Below are positions 37,401-49,400 of a stretch of DNA of 64,000 nt, one piece after another. The notes under the pieces are model-generated. The model worked only from the letters and a program-made list of their open reading frames with translations, had not been told where the DNA came from and did no database searches. Position 1 is the first letter of the stretch; every line of letters begins with the position of its first letter. Both the position numbers and the translations under genes were made by a program. The DNA comes from Macrostomum lignano (Eukaryota): assembly GCA_002269645.1 (NCBI GenBank), contig NIVC01002653.1, positions 88,771-152,770 of the forward strand, in the 5' to 3' direction.

Positions 37401-40400
37401 ATGTCAGTAATCCCCCCCCACAAGCTTCAACATATCAAATTCCCCCCTTGACATCTCAGCGATGCCCCCATAAGCCTTGAAATCTAAAAAAATCTAACCC
37501 TAACAATAACCCTAACTTTAGCCGAACCCTAACCCTAACCCTAACCCTAACCCTAGCCTAACCCTAACCCAAACCCTAACCCTAACCCTAGCCCTAACCC
37601 TAATGCATTGACATTTCATTAATTCTCTCCAAGAGTCATTATAGCACTACAGCATTATAGCGATTCCCTGCAAGCCTCGACATCGTAGGGATTCCCAAAT
37701 GAATCTCTTAACTTCGACATGAAGCTTCTTTTATTAATGCAAATGCACTTATACTTACTTGGTTAGTGATCCTTCTACTTCTATGTAGCTCTATATTATG
37801 TAGTTCAATATTATGTTTTATGTAATTACAACTAAAGCATTGCGTTCACTATTTGTGAATTAAAATTATAAATTAGAATCAATTAAGCAACACAAAGGAC
37901 ACAGCGGTCAGGCCAAATATACTACTCAGTATCTGTGGTCAGGCCACACTTTGAATGTAGGAACTGGAATATTGGCACAGGTGGCTTTGAACTTTCTCAC
38001 GGCACCAGTGCAGTAGGCCGGTCCTTCAAACAAACCGTTTACCCTGAGTGAAAGAACGATCGTTAAAGAATGACGCGCTGGAAAGTGGGCGAAAGCCGCC
38101 CCAGAAATTAAACAGCTCAAAGAAGCCCGAGACCAGAGCAGGTTGAGCACATTTGCGACCAAAGAGCCCAGAGCCGCTGAGGTGTTTATTTGTAAATCGA
38201 TCTCACTGAGGGTGGCTCAGCAGCTTGTTGCAGCCAGCCCAGCCTTCGCCTTATTTTCTTTCACTCGCGCTGCGAGGAGAGAAAAGGATGATGAGCGGAG
38301 GCTGGGATGGACTCAGTAAGAGATGGCGTGCGGCCCTATAGCCGCATGAAATATTCACCAGCTCTTAGCCTAAGACAGCGGGACCGTACTGAGCTGCCAG
38401 GATGATTGACTTACGAGACCTTCAGCTGATGGCTCCCCTGCCTACCGGTCATATCTCAGTTCAGACACTGTGTCAGTCCGCTCTTCATATCAACGATTGC
38501 CGCCTTTCATACAGTGCCCGATCACTGGGTTTCCAACTTGTGAGATGATTCCATGCTTTTTGCTGACCGTAAAACAACCGTGAGACACACAATAGTAAGT
38601 TGTAAAACTCATTCTTTCCGGAGGATTTGCTCAATTTTAGCACGCAAAATCAAAGCAGTCCCGCTCACTCTCAAGCAGTCCCGCTCACTCTCAAGCAGTC
38701 CCGCTCACTCTCAAGCAGTCCCGTTCACTCTCAAGCAGTCCCGCTCACTCTCAAGCAGTCCCGCTCACTCTCAAGCAGTCCCGCTCACTCTCAAGCAGTC
38801 CCGCTCACTCTCAAGCAGTCCCGCTCACTCTCAAGCAGTCCCGCTCACTCTCAAGCAGTCCCGCTCACTCTCAAGCAGTCCCGTTCACTCTCAAGCAGTC
38901 CCGCTCACTCTCAAGCAGTCCCGCTCACTCTCAAGCAGTCCCGCTCACTCTCAAGCAGTCCCGCTCACTCTCAAGCAGTCCCGCTCACTCTCAAGCAGTC
39001 CCGCTCACTCTCAAGCAGTCCCGCTCACTCTCAAGCAGTCCCGCTCACTCTCAAGCAGTCCCGCTCACTCTCAAGCAGTCCCGCTCACTCTCAAGCAGTC
39101 CCGCTCACTCTCAAGCAGTCCCGCTCACTCTCAAGCAGTCCCGCTCACTCTCAAGCAGTCCCGCTCACTCTCAAGCAGTCCCGCTCACTCTCAAGCAGTC
39201 CCGTTCACTCTCAAGCAGTCCCGCTCACTCTCAAGCAGTCCCGCTCACTCTCAAGCAGTCCCGCTCACTCTCAAGCAGTCCCGCTCACTCTCAAGCAGTC
39301 CCGCTCACTCTCAAGCAGTCCCGCTCACTCTCAAGCAGTCCCGCTCACTCTCAAGCAGTCCCGCTCACTCTCAAGCAGTCCCGCTCACTCTCAAGCAGTC
39401 CCGCTCACTCCCAAGCAGTCCCGCTCACTCTCAAGTAGTCCCGCTTAGTCTCAAACAGTCCCGCTCACTCTCAAACAGTCCCGCTCACTCTCAAGCAGTC
39501 CCGCTCACTCTCAAGTAGTCCCGTTCACTCTCAAACAGTCCCGCTCACTCTCAAGCAGTCCCGCTCACTCTCAAGTAGTCCCGCTCACTCTCAAACAGTC
39601 CCGCTCACTCTCAAACAGTCCCGCTCACTCTCAAGCAGTCCCACTCACTCTCAAGTAGTCCCGCTCACTCACCACCGGACAGTCCTGTGGCGAACAGGTC
39701 CCGCTCCGTGTAGCCCCGAGCAATCGACCAAGCGGCCGTCGAGCTGTTCAACGACGAACGACGACTGCTGACGCCGCCGCCATTTCCGCTGCCAGCTGCA
39801 CACTCGCCGAGTCCCGATGGAGCAGTCAGTAGCACTCGGAGGTTCACCACGCCGCCGCCGCTGCCGCGACTTCCCAGTAGCCGAGGCGAATTCTGCGAAT
39901 CGACATCTGACAGCTCCGGCGTGGCCATGGGCGGCGGAGCCAGGGACGCCGAACCAGCAACTCGTCGCTGTTGCTGGAACGGAAGCCCAGCCGCCGGCTC
40001 GTGACAGGCCGAACTGGCCGGATTCAAGCGGCTCATCTGGCGCCACCGATGCCAGAGTCTGCGGCAGCCCCGCTTGCAGACTCGAATGATGAGGCGGACA
40101 ATCTGACTGTAGCAGCTGCCAGGCTGCCTGCTGCTCTCCAGACTCGAGCTGGACTGGTAGCGCTGCCGCTCCAGCATCATCTTTTCCACTTCGCGGCGCT
40201 TGGTCTCCGAGAACTGGGTTGCTATGACAACCAGGCACAGGTTGATCATGAAGAACGAGCCGATCTGGAGAGTTGCGGGCTTTTGGCTGTGAACTCTCGC
40301 TATCTACTCAGTGACTCCCGCTATCTACCCAGTGACTCCCGCTATCTACCCAGTGACTCCCGCTATCTACCCAGTGACTCCCGCTATCTACCCAGTGACT

Positions 40401-43400
40401 CCCGCTATCTACCCAGTGACTCCCGCTAGCTACCCAGTGACTCCCGCTATCTACCCAGTGACTCCCGCTATCTACCCAGTGACTCCCGCTATCTACCCAG
40501 TGACTCCCGCTATCTACCCAGTGACTCCCGCTATCTACCCAGTGACTCCCGCTATCTACTCAGTGACTCCCGCTATCTACTCAGTGACTCCCGCTATCTA
40601 CCCAGTGACTCCCGCTATCTACTCAGTGACTCCCGCTAGCTACCCAGTGACTCCCGCTATCTACTCAGTGACTCCCGCTATCTACCCAGTGACTCCCGCT
40701 ATCTACCCAGTGACTCCCGCTATCTACTCAGTGACTCCCGCTATCTACCCAGTGACTCCCGCTATCTACCCAGTGACTTCCGCTATCTACTCAGTGACTC
40801 CCGCTATCTACTCAGTGACTCCCGCTATCTACCCGGTGAACTCCCGCTATCTACCCGGTGAACTCCCGCTATCTACCCAGTGAACTCCCGCTATCTAACC
40901 AGTGAACTCCCGCTATCTAACCAGTGAACTCCCGCTATCTACCCAGTGAGCTCCCACTATCTAACCAGTGAACTCCCGCTATCTACCCAGTGAACTCCCG
41001 CTATCTAACCAGTGAACTCCCGCTATCTACCCAGTGAACGCCCGCTCAACCTCACACTGACAGCTCAATCTGCAAGATTTCAACCCTAAACTTCGGGTTC
41101 AAACAGATCACTGAACTTACCACAATCAGAGCCACAAAGTACATCCAGTCCCAGAACGAGTGTGCGTCCTGCACATAGTACATGATGTCCACCCAGCTCT
41201 CCAGACTGATCACCTGATACGAATTTTACAAATTAAATTGGCGCGCTATTTTGTTTGAATTGTTCAAAGTAAAAAACAAACACAGACAGATCTTGCACTT
41301 TTATATGCGAATTCAATTTTGTGCAAAATCATTTGAAATAAAATCGCTTTTTTGTAGCATGACTCGAATTCCGGCTCACAAATGCCTATTTCTAATCAGC
41401 AACGTTAATCTAATCAGCATTGAGAGTAAAAATCTCCAACACAAAACGGGCGGACGCCTCAGCTTAGGGGATGATTCTGGGTTGTGGCAATTATTCAAAT
41501 TAATGCCTGGGTAGCCTCGGATTTTGAGTCAGACACGCGGCTGGCTCTGCAACGACTCCAAAAATCTCATTAAGCCGCAATGTCTGACGGGAGTCTGGCC
41601 AGAGATTTCTCTGCACGAAATCGTTCTTGCAATAAAAATCTCTTTTCCTTATCCAAACAGAGAGTCAAAAAGAACAACCAGTCACTGCTTGTGGAAGACG
41701 TTTTTAGAAGACGTTTAACAAAAAATTAATTGCTTTGGCATAAAAAGCTTTTATTTGCTCAGTTTAAATGGTTTTTCTCGCTTTTGAATTTTTTTTTTAC
41801 TGATTTTGTTGCAAAGCTTCTCCTTCAGTCTGTTGTACACTCTTCCTTCCCCACGACTCTCTGACCCCCTCCTCGAGTCTGATTGGTTGAAGAAGTTTCG
41901 CTTCAGATTGCTGTACACTCTTCCTTCCCCGCGACTCTCTGACCCCCTCCTCGAGTCTGATTGGTTGAAGAAGTTTCGCTTCAGATTGCTGTACACTCTT
42001 CCTTCCCCGCGACTCTCTGCCCCCCTCCTCGAGTCTGATTGGTTGAAGAAGTTCGCCTTCAGATTGCTGTGCATTCTTCATTCCCCGCGACTCTCTGCCC
42101 CCCTCCTCGAGTCTGATTGGTTAAAGAAGTTTCGCCATTCAGATTGCTGTACACTCTTCCTTCCCCGCGACTCTCTGCCCCCCTCCTCGAGTCTGATTGG
42201 TTGAAGAAGTTTCGCCTTCAGATTGCTGTACATTCTTCCTTCCCCGCGTCTCTCTGCTCTCTCCTCGAGTCTGATTGGTTGAAGAAGTTTCGCCTTCAGA
42301 TTGCTGTACATTCTTCCTTCCCCGCGTCTCTCTGCTCTCTCCTCGAGTCTGATTGGTTGAAGAAGTTTCGCCTTCAGATTGCTCTACATTCTTCCTTCCC
42401 CGCGTCTCTCTGCCCCCCTCCTCGAGTCTGATTGGTTGAAGAAGTTTCGCCTTCAGATTGCTCTACATTCTTCCTTCCCCGCGTCTCTCTGCCCCCCTCC
42501 TCGAGTCTGATTAGTTGAAGAAGTTTCGCCTTCAGATTGCTGTACATTCTTCATTCCCCGCGACTCTCTGAACCCCTCCTCGAGTCTGATTGGTTGCCAA
42601 ACAGTCTAGTTTGAATCGACTATATTTAAAAAAATCCTGACGAACCTGAAAGATGGCCACCCAGGCGAATCCGATGTTGTCAAAGTTGATGGATCCCATG
42701 TAGGGATTACTGAACCCGGGCCTGCACTGAGTGTAGTACTGATTCCAGTTAACGCAGCTACTATTAGTAGGCTTGTTGTCACCGCGCATATTAGCGGACC
42801 GGTTGCAGCTGAGATATTTGCGGCCATCGTCGGGCCAGAGCACGGTGGGTTTGATGTTCTTGCAGGTCTGGATGCCGCTGGAGTCCTCCAGGGCGCAGAT
42901 GAAATCTTTGGCAGCAACCGGGGTGTCAACGCTGGTGTTCGGCTTGTAGTACTCGCTCAGGTTCATGCTGGAAGGTATATGGGGGAGGCTGGTTTATCAA
43001 GGAGATCTCTAGTAGGACGGCTTGAGTGTCCGTCATCTTCTTAATTAGTCCTTGCCAAGACGCGCTTCACTGGAAGCCGGTTTTATCAGTTTATCAGAAG
43101 TTTAATAAACAGATTATCATGTTCTGAGTTGGTACATTGCTTCCTGGGTACTAGGTTTAATGAAACCGTCTTTGTACTTAAGTTCTCCATAAGTGGGCTA
43201 TTTAGAGTCAGCAGGGACAGCTATGAGTCAGGAAAGGCCGCTAAATGAGTCCGGAGAGGCAGCTATGAGAGTCAGGAGAGGCAGCTATGAGAGTCAGGAG
43301 AGGCAGCTATGAGAGTCAGGAGAGGCAGCTATGAGAGTCAGGAGAGGCAGCTATGAGAGTCAGGAGAGGCAGCTATGAGAGTCAGGAGAGACAGCTATGA

Positions 43401-46400
43401 GAGTCAGGAGAGGCAGCTTTGAGAGTCAGGAGAGACAGCTATGAGAGTCAGGAGAGACAGCTACGAGCGTATGAGAGTCAGGAGAGACAGCTATGAGAGT
43501 CAGGAGAGACAGCTACGAGCGTATGAGAGTCAGGAGAGACAGCTATGAGAGTCAGGAGAGACAGCTACGAGCGTATGAGAGTCAGGAGAGACAGCTATGA
43601 GAGTCAGGAGAGGCAGCTTTGAGAGTCAGGAGAGACAGCTATGAGAGTCAGGAGAGACAGCTACGAGCGTATGAGAGTCAGGAGAGACAGCTATGAGAGT
43701 CAGGAGAGACAGCTACGAGCGTATGAGAGTCAGGAGAGACAGCTATGAGAGTCAGGAGAGACAGCTTTGAGAGTCAGGAGAGACAGCTATGAGAGTCAGG
43801 AGAGACAGCTACGAGCGTATGAGAGTCAGGAGAGACAGCTATGAGAGTCAGGAGAGGCAGCTTTGAGAGTCAGGAGAGGCAGCTATGGAAGTTTCTAGTT
43901 TAGTTGGGAATTTTGGTTGGGACGCAGTCTCAGTCTCACCCCGGATGCGGGTAGGTGAAGTTGGACTCCAAGTAGCACCGGTGGCGCAGGAGGCCCTTCC
44001 ACAGCTGCACCCCGATAATGCCGAAGATGAAGAACACGAAAAAGCAGAGCAGCAGCACGTTGCCGAGCATTGGCAGGGTGTCCAGCAGCAGCATCACCAG
44101 GATCCGCATGCCTGCGTGTTGGTGAATGCGAATTGTTCAATATGGGCATTTAAAAAGGTATTCAGACAGGTATTTAAACGGGTATTCGGACGGGCATTCA
44201 GATAGGTATTAACACAGGTATTCACACAGGTATTCAAGCAGGTATTCAGTCAGGTATTTAAACAGGTATTCAGAAAGGTATTCCGACAGGTATTTAAACA
44301 GGTATTCAGACAGGTATTTAAAAAGGTATTCAGAACAGGTATTTAGACGATATTCAGACAGGTATTCAAAAAGGTATTGAGACAATTATTTAAACATTTG
44401 TTTGGACACGTATTCAGACAGGTATTTAAACAGGTATTCACACAGGTGTTCAAAAAGGTATTCAGACAGATATTTAAACAGGTACTGAGACAGGTATTTA
44501 GGCAGGTATTCAGTCAGATAGGTATACACTAGTAAATTTCTATAGAAGAAAGCTCACTTGGAATGCGGTTAATGGCTCGGAGAGGCCTCAGTACGCGAAT
44601 GGTTCGAATGGCTGTTAGACTCAGGTCCTTGGTCTGCGGCAGGTACTCCAAGGTTCTGTTCAGGGGAGTGACAGGATAAAATTACTCAACTATTCATGCG
44701 TGTTAGGAAAGCTAATAAGAATATAACTCTATGCATTAAAATGTTGGGAAATCAAAAGGGGGAGAGACGTAGGGATAAAAAATAAGAGAAGAAAAGCAGA
44801 AAAAAGGAAAGGTCAGATGAAGGGAATGAAGGGTTGGAAAAGGGAATGAAGGGTCAGATTTAGGAAATGAAGGGTCAGATTAAGGAAATGAAGGGTCAAA
44901 TAAGGAAGGAAGGGTCATATAAAGGAAGAAATGGATCAAATGAAGGATCAGATGAAGGGAGGAATGGATCAAATGAAGGGTCAGATGAAGGGAGAAATGA
45001 AGGGCATGAAGGGTCAGATGAAGGGAGGAATGGAGGGAATGAAGGGTCAGGTGAAGGGAAAAATGAAGGGAATGAAGGGTCAGATGAAGGGAGAAATGGA
45101 GGGAATGAAGGGTCAGATGAAGGGAGGAATGAAGGGAATGAAGGTTCAGATGAAGGGAGGAATGAAGGGCATGAGGGGTCAGATGAAGGGAGGAATGAAG
45201 GGTCAGAATAAGGAGCTAAAAATGTGTAGGTGAAGTGCCTGAGCCCAGTTCAGCAAAGCTGGCCAGGGCAGCCGCTGGCCAGGAAAAGAGAAGGAACTGA
45301 GACGGTCTCCGAGACGAAGACATTTGAGTAACGCCGAAAAGCGACAATTCTTTGAATTATCAATGAGCCGACGAGCTCGAACGGCCTCCTTCTCCCTCTC
45401 CCCACCTTCATCTTGCAGCCCCCTGGGGACCAGAATCCGAGTCCAGGATCTTATCCCTTAGTCATGAGCTCGGCCTAACAACCGGTTCCAGCTCTGCCTG
45501 ATCTATTCAAGACTGCGGCATCTGGAGCCGAGAATCTGCTAGCCTAAGTCTGAGTAGATTCTTGTTTGAGTCGGCTTGGGTGGAATCGATGCAATTTCGG
45601 GTATCAAGCGGGGCGAGTTGACAGGCCTTCAAAACAGTGTAAGGTGACAGGCCTTCAAAACACTGAATGGTGACAGGCCTTCAAAACACTGAATGGTGAC
45701 AGGCCTTCAAAACACTGAATGGTGACAGGCCTTCAAAACACTGAATGGTGACAGGCCTTCAAAACACTGAATGGTGACAGGCCTTCAAAACACTGAATGG
45801 TGATAGGCCTTCAAAACAGTGAATGGTGATAGGCCTTCAAAACACTGAATGGTGACAGGCCTTCAAAACACTGAATGGTGATAGGCCTTCAAAACAGTGA
45901 ATGGTGATAGGCCTTCAAAACACTGAATGGTGACAGGCCTTCAAAACACTGAATGGTGACAGGCCTTCAAAACAGTGAATGGTGATAGGCCTTCAAAACA
46001 CTGAATGGTGACAGGCCTTCAAAACACTGAATGGTGATAGGCCTTCAAAACAGTGAATGGTGATAGGCCTTCAAAACAGTGAATGGTGACAGGCCTTCAA
46101 AACACTGAATGGTGACAGGCCTTCAAAACAGTGAAGGGTGACAGGCCTTCAAAACAGTGAAGGGTGACAGGCCTTCAAAACAGTGAGTGAAGGGTGACAG
46201 GCCTTCAAAACACTGAATGGTGATAGGCCTTCAAAACACTGAAGGGTGATAGGCCTTCAAAACACTGAATGGTGATAGGCCTTCAAAACACTGAATGGTG
46301 ATCGGCCTTCAAAACAGTGAATGGTGATAGGCCTTCAAAACAGTGAATGGTGATAGGCCTTCAAAACAGTGAAGGGTGACAGGCTTTCAAAACACAACTC

Positions 46401-49400
46401 ACCCAGCCAATACGATGAAGCAGTCCAGTCGATTCCAAGAATCTCCCAGATAGCCCAGCTTTCCAAGAAAGCCCATAGCAACGACTTTGACAAGCATTTC
46501 GATTGCGAAGAAGGTAAAAACGGCGTGGTCGAATCCGGACAGGATCTGACAGCGGGTCATTGAGCACTGCTCATCCTCGCAGGGTCGGTACATGCCCAGA
46601 GTGATGCAGTTGATGAGAATTACGCAGATGCTGACTCGCTCGAACCAAGTGCAGCCAGATGCATTTTTCGAAGTTTTGTTGGTTAAGGAAAATTTCTAAG
46701 TGAAATCAAACGCTTCATTTTTGTCACTATTTTACTGACATCCTAAAAAGTTTCAAAGTTATATCTCTTTGATATCTGTTCTTTCCTAGGTGAGATGAGA
46801 GACTGATGTTGAGATGAATTTCGTAAGCATGAGATTGGTCAGATCAGACAATCGGATGAGATAAGAGATTGGAAAAAGATTACAGACAGGAGAGTGAGAT
46901 TAAAGACTGTAGTGTGAGATTAGAGACTGGAGTGTGAGATTAGAGACAGGAGGGTGAGATTAGAGACTGGAGAGTGAGATTAGAGACTGGAGTGTGAGAT
47001 TGGAGACTGGAGTGTGAGATTGGAGACTGTAGTGTGAGATTACAGACTGGAGGGTGAGATTAGAGTCTGGAGGGTGAGATTAGAGACTAGAGGGTGAGAT
47101 TAGAGACTGGAGGGTGAGATTAGAGACTGGAGTGTGAGATTAAAGACTTGAGTGTGAGATTAGAGACAGGAGGGTGAGATTAGAGACTGGAGAGTGAGAT
47201 TAGAGACTGGAGTGTGAGATTGGAGACTGGAGTGTGAGATTGGAGACTGTAGTGTGAGATTACAGACTGGAGGGTGAGATTAGAGTCTGGAGGGTGAGAT
47301 TAGAGACTAGAGGGTGAGATTAGAGACTGGAGGGTGAGATTAGAGACTGGAGTGTGAGATTAAAGACTTGAGTGTGAGATTAGAGACAGGAGGGTGAGAT
47401 TAGAGACTGGAGTGTGAGATTAGAGACTGGAGTGTGAGATTAGAGACTGAAGCGTGAGATTAGAGACTGAAGGGTGAGATGAGTTACAGGAACGTGAGAT
47501 AAGAGACAAATGGGTATGATTAGAGACTGGATGGTGAGATTAGAGACTGGATGGTGAGATTAGAGACTGGAGCGTTATATTAGAGACTGGAGGGTGAGAT
47601 GAGTTACAGGAACGTGAGATAAGAGACAAATGGGTGTGATTAGAGACTGAATGGTGAGATTAGAGACTGGAGCGTGAGATTAGAGACTGGAGCGTGAGAT
47701 TAGAGACTGGAGGGTGAGATTAGAGACTGGAGCGTGAGTTTAAAGACTGGAGGGTGAGATTAGAGACTGGAGGGTGAGATTAGAGACTGGAGGGTGAGAT
47801 TAGAGACTGGAGGGTGAGATTAGAGACTGGAGCGTGAGATTAGAGACTGGAGTGTGAGATTAGAGACTAGAGGGTGAGATTAGAGACTGAAGCGTGAGAT
47901 TAAAGACTGGAGGGTGAGATGAGTTACAGGAACGCGAGAAAAGAGACAAATGGGTGAGATGAGAAAATGAGTCAGCCAGTAGAAGAAAGGTAAAGGCATC
48001 ATTAATTGTTAGCTTGAATTGTTTCATCAATAAATACCAAACCAAATTGCAAAACTCATGCGGTATTAAAGTTTTTCAGCGATCCAACGAGCGATAAAAG
48101 TTCTCAAAGCCAGTGACGGTCCGCAGAGTGACCCGGTGCCGATAATAAACAATTCCACCTACCAAAAATGCGAGCCAGACTTCCACAACAATGCAAACAG
48201 GGGAAGCAGGCTGGAAATAAAAAGCGCAAACTCTGCTGCTTTGCACTGCGACTTTTTTCCTCCACACGCCTCGAACTGCCGCGGGCTTTTCATGACGGAA
48301 AACTGAGCCAAAAAAATAAAAAAACAAGGAATGAAAAAGCACCGCAGTCAGGAGCAGCAGGACTTATTTGATTCCCAAAGCAGTGGCAAGACCGGGGGAG
48401 CCTTGGCTGCAACCGGGACGAGCCTCCCCCCCCCCCTCGGGGCATTTTGCCGCCTGATACTTATGCTAATTTTGGTCCTGCCGTGTGTCTTCCGCTTGTC
48501 CTGTTAGCAACTTTCACTGCTGCTGTGCCCGCTACCAGATCTGCCTGCCGTTCTCAAAGTGACTCTCACCTCCTCTGCCTGCCGTTCTTGGAGTGACTCT
48601 CACCTCATCTGCCTGCCGTTTTCTGAGTGACTCTCACCTCATCTGCCTGCCGTTCTCGGAGTGACTCTCACCTCATCTGCCTGCCGTTCTCTGAGTGACT
48701 CTCACCTCATCTGCCTGCCGTTCTTGGAGTGACTCTCACCTCATCTGCCTGCCGTTCTTGGAGTGACTCTGACCTCCTCTGCCTGCCGTTCTTGGAGTGA
48801 CTCTCACCTCCTCTGCCTGCCGTTCTTGGAGTGACTCTCACCTCCTCTGCCTGCCGTTCTTGGAGTGCTCTGACCTCCTCTGCCTGCCGTTCTTGGAGTG
48901 ACTCTCACCTCATCTGCCTGCCGTTCTCGGAGTGACTCTCACCTCCTCTGCCTGCCGTTCTTGGAGTGACTCTCAGTCTCACCTCATCTGCCTGCCGTTC
49001 TCTGAGTGACTCTCACCTCATCTGCCTGCCGTTCTTGGAGTGACTCTCAGTCTCACCTCATCTGCCTGCCGTTCTCTGAGTGACTCTCACCTCCTCTGCC
49101 TGCCGTTCTTGGAGTGACTCTCACCTCATCTGCCTGCCGTTCTTGGAGTGACTCTCACCTCATCTGCCTGCCGTTCTCTGAGTGACTCTCACCTCATCTG
49201 CCTGCCGTTCTTGGAGTGACTCTCACCTCATCTGCCTGCCGTTTTCTGAGTGACTCTCACCTCATCTGCCTGCCGTTCTTGGAGTGACTCTCACCTCATC
49301 TGCCTGCCGTTCTCGGAGTGATTCTCACCTCCTCTGCCTGCCGTTCTCGGAGTGACTCTCACCTCTGCCTGCCGTTCTCGGAGTGACTCTCACCTCTGCC

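Noticed and set aside
37880-38560. 76-78-aa ORF region (…[16 protein letters not shown]…) as a retroelement or extra linker exon
   Set aside because: No diagnostic motif recognised and no convincing splice boundaries; possibly a decayed TE.
38553-42431. Repetitive ORFs ([30 protein letters not shown])
   Set aside because: Minisatellite translations inside Cav3 introns on the antisense strand.
27190-43082. Shared 17-mer TTCACTGGAAGCCGGTT in two introns (27192 and 43066)
   Set aside because: Different positions relative to splice sites; most simply a tiny TE remnant.
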